A stretch of DNA of 64,000 nucleotides, taken from the NCBI RefSeq assembly GCF_009914755.1, contig NC_060935.1. One strand, given 5' to 3'. Positions within the stretch are counted from its first letter, which is position 1. The number at the start of each line of letters is the position of its first letter. The notes below the pieces were generated by a model. It did no database searches and had not been told where the DNA came from. It was given only the letters and a program-made list of their open reading frames with translations. Positions 57,911 through 64,000 of the stretch are shown piece after piece. The position numbers were made by a program, and so were the translations under genes. This DNA is from the human T2T-CHM13v2.0 reference genome, Homo sapiens.

Positions 57911-60723
57911 AGCAGGAGTGGCTCACGGTTACCATCACACCCAGTGACCCAATGGGGGAATTTTGTGCTTTTATTCCCACAACTCTGAGCTCTGCGGGAG
58001 GGAGGGGCCCACAGACTATAAGCTAGGACTGCTGCCTGGGCCCTTGGACTGCATGTGTTTGGGGCCAGCAGGGAAGAAAAGGAGTTGGGTGGTGGCAGGG
58101 GTAACTGACCCATCAGCAGGAGGAGGCCAGGCTGCTTCTGTGCAATGGGGCTAGGGAGGAATGTGTGGAACCCACGCTTGGCCTACTTAGGGGCCTCTTC
58201 TCTTTTGAAGGAATGGACACTTCCAACAACCCTGGCCTGAGGAAGGTGTGTTCATCAAGGCCTCAGCGTCCTCAGGAATAAAACTTTTGTTCACACCAGG
58301 ACCTGCTGTGGAGACAGCCGAGCGAGGGGAATTGAGAAGGGATATGGACAGGAGAGGATGGGTACCAGTGTGGCCCTAAGATCTGCTGCAGCAACAGGGG
58401 CCACATCCCCAGGAAGGAAGGCACACTGAATCGAAGAGGAGCTGCTCCCTGCCCCTGGATGGAAGAGCAGATCTCAGCACGCGGCAGACCGTGGCAGTGT
58501 GGACCCGGACAGCTGCGGAGCGTGGCTGGCTGCAGCCCCAGCTGCCACCCCGCTGGATCCACCCAGCATTTGTGCTGAGACCGCAATTCCCCTAGACCGC
58601 TCTCAGCCAACAACTAGACAGGCTGGGAATCCAGCGCAGGCCCTTTCCTGTGGGACGCAGGAGTCCTCTAATAGCAGCGATGGCCCAAGGATGGCACAGT
58701 GCTTGGCTACACTGCGCTGCCATCCTGAGACTTTCTTTTCAGCCCTCCTTCTTTCCCCATCCCCTTTCATGGGAGGTGGATCAGCATCCTGCTCTGAGGC
58801 TCTCCCTGCCACCTGCTGCTCCCTCGTGTGTCCTTCACAGGTGTCCCCCAGTGACTCTTGCATGTCTAATCTCAGCTTGGCATCTGCTCCTTGGAGTACC
58901 TGAACTTCAGACTCCATCCATCCAAAGGTCATTGGGTCCAGTTTTCTGCTTCTAGCCTGGGCTGTCCGTGCTCACAACACCGGGGAGATGGAAGCCCCTC
59001 TCCTTAGGACAGGGGATGTCTCCTCCTCCCTCCTTGTTGAGACATTGGCTTTGAGTCCTCTGGAAGTCCTTCCTCAGACCCAGTTTAGAGCCTCCCAGCT
59101 CTCTAAATGGTTCCTGCCACTTGAGCGGTCCCTAGTCCAGAAATCATGGCGGGTGTTGAGTGGAGTACCACGGCCTTAGTGAGCACCCTTGGGTGTGTGT
59201 GCATCATGGACCTGGCCCACACAGAGGGGCCTTGGCCCACCCGGTCTGGGGCCGCTGAGCTTGGCCCCCAGGCTCCCTGCAGCCTTCCCACCTCCCTTGA
59301 AGCCCCATGGTGAACAGCGCCTGCTCTCTGCCTGGCTCCTTCTCGTGACTTTTTGGGAAGGAGAATTGATAATATCAATGATGTGACTTGTAGACAAGCT
59401 GCATCGCCAACGAATCCGAGTTCTGGGGATAAATCCTTTTCTCGCCCGGTAATTGCTCTGTAAGCCAAAAGGAATTACACTTTTTGGCAACCACAACAGA
59501 GCCTCCCCAGGACGCCAGAGCTTCCCTTCCGCTGGTGACTTCCACACACCACCCGGCAGGCCGTTCACAAGCCTCTGTCCATCCAGACGCCCTAACCACG
59601 GCCCCTGGGCTCAGGACATAGGGTGTAGGTGCTCTCTTCGCCCCCTCAACCTGCCGCTCCTGCCCGTGGCTGGTGGGTGGAGGTGGGCTCACTGTGCTCT
59701 TTGTCCCAAGTGGCTCTTGAATGGATACAGTCATCAGGGGATTCCACCAACCCAACATAAGCAGAGCCCGGGGAGGGAAGGCGGTGAGGGACGAGGAAGA
59801 GTCAGGGCCATGAGCTAGGGTCTGGGCTTGGATGAGAGAGGAGGGGAGCGAAAGGATGAGTGTGCAGAGGGACGGGTGAAGGCAGTGGGCACTGTCCTGA
59901 AGCTGCTCCTTGTGCCCCCAGGGAGGGCTGGGCATGCCAGGCGTGGGGGCAGCAGTCAGAGAGCAAGACCGAGAAGCGTCAGTGGGGATTAGGGCCAGCT
60001 GCAGCTGTTCCATTCCGTCACAGAGATTTTTATGCCGAGCCTGGGCCCGCTCTATGGGGGATCCCACTGGAGTTTCCATGATTTTCCAAATTGCTCCCTT
60101 CCATCATCTTCCTTCTCCCTCCAGCCCCAGGCCCCCATCGCTCCCTCTTTCTCCTCCCCTTCTTTCACCATGGCTCTGACAAGTGAGGTTAGTGACTCTT
60201 GACTGGAGGCTAAGGGAAAAGGCCCATTTGGAGAACGCCGAATGAGGCATGGCTTTCTCTTTCTGGAAATAGTGGTCTCCCCGCTCCCCTACCTCCCTTG
60301 CTTTCGGGCCTGGGATGATGTGCTCTCTCTCTCCTGAGGCAGGCGTGAGCTGGTGTCTGCAGGTGGGAGATTCTCGCCCTGCTTGGTGCTTAGAATGCCC
60401 TGGCCCCCGACGCAGGACTCTGAACCCAAGTTCTCTGGCCTGTGTGTTCACTGTCTGGGTCCCTGGAGCTGAGGGGCCACCAGGCAGCAGAGCTGGGCCC
60501 TCCTGCTGACAGTAATCCCGGGGCTGCAGCAGCCTTGGCATTAGCGGTACCAGGTGACCCTGAGGCTCTCAAGCCCTGCCCAGGCTTCCCTGTGTTCAGG
60601 TGAACTGCCCAGCATCTGCTCATCATGCTGGCTGCTGCCTGCTTAGGGCCTGGACTTGAGAGCCAGGGTCCCAGGGTGTGAAGCCTTCCCCAATGTCTCT
60701 GGGTGATCTTGGGCAAGACTTTT

Positions 60724-61118
60724 GTTATGGTTTGAATGTGTCCCCCCAAATTCGTGTGTTGGAAAGTCTATCTTCAGTGTAAGGGTGTGGGAGGTGGGGC
60801 CTAATGAGAGGTGATTAGGTCATAGATTAGGCCTTCACGGATGCATTGTCTCTATCAAGGGAGCAGGTTAGTTATGGAGGCAGTGGGCATGTTATGAAAC
60901 TGAGTCTGGCCCCTTCCTGCTCTCTCACTCTCAGGGCATGCTTTCTCGCCTGCCGGCCTTCCACCATGGGATGAAGCAGCAAGAAGGCTCTTGCCAGAGG
61001 CAGACCCCTCGACCTTGGACTTTCCAGCCCCCAGAACTGTAAGAAATAAATCTCTCTTCTTTATATATTGCCCAGTCTCAGGTATTTTTTTATAGCATCA
61101 CAAAACAGACTAAGACAC
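60724..61118 (+). mobile_element. MST-type LTR inserted in a MIR
   Basis: tgttatggtttgaatgtgtcccc...cagactaagaca; MIR halves on both sides. Confidence 0.82.
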
Positions 61119-62107
61119 TTCAAGTTCACTGAGCCTCCGTTTCCTTATCTATAAAATGGGGCAACGGAAGGACTTATCATATAGATTGTTGAACAATCCA
61201 TGTGATAAGAACAATGTTTGAAAAGTGACTAGCCAGCAAGTGTTCCACACTGTCATTATGATCCCTTCTGTTGGAACCGGCAGGCCCATGCTGTGCAGAC
61301 TGGGATGTGGGGGTGCACCTCAGATGAGAAGGAGAGTGGTACAGGAGCTACCCAGCTGCTGTTTGAGGAATGGATGTTGTGTCCACAGTGAGTTCTAGCT
61401 CATTTCCATGTCTCTAGGTTGGTTGAGGAATAGCACATAGCTGGTGGTCCTTTGTACCCTGGGTAGTATCAGAAGGTGGACGCTGGGCTGGCTCTCTGGG
61501 CTCAGTACCCTGGGAAGGGAATGCTACCTCCCTGGGGGCAGGATTTGGCACCTCCAGATGGGTTCATGTTGGTACTTCCTGCCAAGAGTGAGGATGGCTG
61601 TACCACGGAGACAAAGGCCTGGCTCTCCTGCCAGTGCCAGGAGAGTGTGTGTTATCTTTGGGTCCAGGCGGTCTGGCCTGGGTCTCTGGGCTGCACTGTA
61701 TGGGTAACACCCCTTGCCCCCAAGTCTGCTGAAAGGAGCCAGATATGGGCAAAGGTGGCAGCCATTCAAGTGGATGCTGGCCCTCTGAGTGGCTGGGAGT
61801 GAGGCCAGGAAGAGGCAGCACCTCCCGCTGGCAGCCCCGTTGGCAGCACTGGGAACTAAGGTGCAGGGTACAGAGCTGGAGGTGGGGCTTGGGGGAGGGA
61901 GAGGTGGGCACCAAGCTGGGGGGCCAGACTCATTGGAAATGCCAGTCTTCCAGAATGGTCTGTCCAGCATCCAGTCACCCTTTGCCCAGGGTGCCTGCAG
62001 TGCTTGGGTGGGCCTCCCTGTGCCCCCCTGCCCTCACCTCCTCCACCTCATCTGTCTGGTTTCCCTCTAAGGCAGCTGGGCTCATGGCCAGGCTGGGTGG
62101 TCCTGGG

Positions 62108-62257
62108 CTAGGGGCACTCTCCTCGAGGTTCGGTTGTCCTTACCGAGGGGTGGTAGGAGGGGGAGACCCCCAGATCATAGTAGGGGGGCTGCAGGGACAG
62201 CTTCTGCAAGTCCTCCTCTTCTTGCTGCTGCTGCCTCCCTGGGTCCAGGTGGACAAC
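62108..62257 (-). CDS. NECTIN1: NECTIN1 beta last coding exon as classically described (ends VRTTEPRGECP*)
   Basis: Acceptor ttctcttccag|GTT; 150 nt = VVHLDPGRQQQQEEEDLQKLSLQPPYYDLGVSPSYHPSVRTTEPRGECP plus TAG at 62108-62110; contains internal donor TCG|GTAAGG at 62143. Confidence 0.95.
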   Translation of the reverse strand, partial: VVHLDPGRQQQQEEEDLQKLSLQPPYYDLGVSPSYHPSVRTTEPRGECP

Positions 62258-62740
62258 CTGGAAGAGAAGGCGGTGAGTGCTGCACAGACCTTTCCATGCC
62301 CCTGCTCCAGGTGGCCCTCATGGACTCCCAGTTGGATTGGGACTCCTCAGTTCCCATGCACCCCCATTCTGGCATCCCCCACACTGGTGACTGTCTTGGA
62401 GGGCACAAGTGCACCCTAAGCCTTTAGCTTTGCTGGCTCTAGCAGGGACCCAGCTTGGGGCCAGGCACCTGAGAGGTGCTCAATGCATTTTTTAAATGAA
62501 TGAAAGGACTGTGAGGTAGAGGAAGAGGTCCCCTGGGGGCCCTGGGTAGGGAGAGTCCTAGGTTGTCATCTCTTAGGGTGAGGCAGATGGATCCCTCTAG
62601 CATGGACCTGGCCTTGTGGGAACTGGACCATGAAGGCGTGGCGGCTCTGTCTTCAGCTTGGGCTCTCTCCTTGGGGCCATCTCCCATTTTTCTCCCTCCC
62701 CGCAGTCCAGGGACCTTGTCCTCTGCTGCCTCAGGCCCAC

Positions 62741-62816
62741 CTGGATATCCTCAGGCACAAGGGAGCTTTGCCTGCTGGGAGAAGGCTCCGGCTTCTGGGA
62801 GAGGGGCTGGTCGGTC
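62741..62816 (-). CDS. NECTIN1: NECTIN1 beta cytoplasmic exon (76 nt)
   Basis: Acceptor tctccag|G; encodes (G)TDQPLSQKPEPSPSRQSSLVPEDIQ; donor CAG|GTGGGC; phases match both neighbours. Confidence 0.96.
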
Positions 62817-63139
62817 CTGGAGACAGAATGAGGGTAAGCTCAGCACAGGAGCACACATGGGGGCTCTCCCCATCAGGCCACCAGACAGCTACCGGTCCCT
62901 GAGCCCCACTCACAAGAGCAGGCCTGGGAGCTCTGCTTCCCAGGCAGCCTCCTGAGAGGCCAGAGCTTGGGCTGGGGCTCCTCAGGGTCATGGGTTACAG
63001 GCTGAGAGTGCCCGGCCACCTTTCCCAGGTGTGTCTGCCCCGGACCCCAGCCCAGCTTGGGATGGGAACCATGTGAGTCTCAGGTTTCCTAGCTCAAAGG
63101 ACAGGGAGGAACCAGCAGCAGCACTGTGGGCCCTCACCC

Positions 63140-63520
63140 AGGGCGGGCATGAGGCCTCAGGTGCACGGTATGCGGCACCGACAGCCTTAGCCAGCACGGG
63201 AAATAACACGTGATGCAAGATTTTAAAGATGAAAATCAACGTAAAAATCCGTGATGAACAAAACGTCCACATTGTAAGTAAAGACAGGATCCATCACAGT
63301 GGTGTGCTGGGTGTCTGATGCGAAAGGAAAAGTCAGTTATTCTAATCCTGTCTTTATTTACAATGTGGACGTTTTGTTCATCATGGGTTTTTGCTTTCAT
63401 TTTGATTTTTTAAAAATATCACATTAAAATATGATTTATCCTGATGGTTGAGGGTTTTGGCTCCCCCCATATACTTTGTGCCTCTCTCTCCTCTCTGGTC
63501 CTAGGTCTGCCCTCACCCCT
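63140..63520. mobile_element. Palindromic hAT-type MITE (MER96B-like, family uncertain) in a NECTIN1 intron
   Basis: Long internal inverted repeat 63252-63290 / 63345-63383. Confidence 0.55.
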
Positions 63521-63873
63521 TGTCAACGGCTGGGAGCACGTAAACTCTTGCAAATTATTTAACCTCTCTGTGCCTCAGTTTCCTCACTATAAATCGTGGA
63601 TTGTAATCATGCACCTGCTCCTCTGAGCTGCTGTGAGGATAAAATGCATCTTTATGAAGCCCTTCTGAACTGGGGCGGTGCCTGGCACGTAGCAATCACC
63701 ACTCAGGAGGGTCAGCTCTTCCTGCCAAAGGGTTAGTTCCTGGTCCCCCAGGGTGGGGAGGCCCTAGAAAGGCCCTGAGCTTTCACAAGTTTAGGTGCTT
63801 TAAGTCTGGGGCTCCCAGGGTGCTGGGGAGCAGACCAGTGGGAGTTTAGTGGGCAGAGTCCTGCCTGGCTCAC

Positions 63874-64000
63874 CCGGCCCCATCCGTCTCCGGTGGGCTC
63901 TTCTGCTGCCGGTTGTACAGGAAGAAGACAGTGAGCACAGCACCTAGGATGAGGAACACGGCCACGGTGCCCGCCAGGAGCCTGGCTGCACTTCCCAGAC
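63874..64000 (-). CDS. NECTIN1: NECTIN1 beta (HIgR) isoform transmembrane exon, 5' part beyond the window edge
   Basis: Minus strand translates LGSAARLLAGTVAVFLILGAVLTVFFLYNRQQKSPPETDGAG, the recognised nectin-1 beta transmembrane/juxtamembrane sequence; phase-2 donor GG|GTGAGC at 63873. Confidence 0.97.

Noticed and set aside
62116-62124. GAG|GAGAGT, one base from the donor consensus AG|GTGAGT, suggesting a mutated phase-1 splice site
   Set aside because: The intact phase-0 donor 22 nt upstream already explains the link to the ITIM exon; likely coincidence unless other primates have GT here.

Overview
Primate, almost certainly human, genomic DNA matching the 3' end of NECTIN1 (PVRL1, 11q23.3) and about 50 kb downstream. 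Most of the window is interspersed repeats (Alu, MIR, L2, old L1, MaLR/ERV1/ERVL LTRs), with a KRT8 processed pseudogene (26.6-28.4 kb, - strand) and an orphan CpG island (~8.4-9.5 kb). The three exons specific to the nectin-1 beta (HIgR) isoform lie at 62.1-64.0 kb on the - strand. Main finding: the last known beta exon contains an internal phase-0 donor (TCG|GTAAGG). This donor joins in frame to an intact exon at 53108-53289 that is absent from the ORF track and encodes GSGLKDTH-SHYAEL-DTSALELVPGLRTPVPGPAEA-VEYATI-QLSPP*, a tandem ITIM/ITSM-like tail resembling PD-1. A 116-bp intronless copy at 54046-54161 reproduces the splice junction from this exon into a further 3'UTR exon (acceptor at 50738), which is sequence-internal evidence that the transcript was spliced. 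Most ORF-track entries are spurious. Repeat family names are from recall and their boundaries are approximate.
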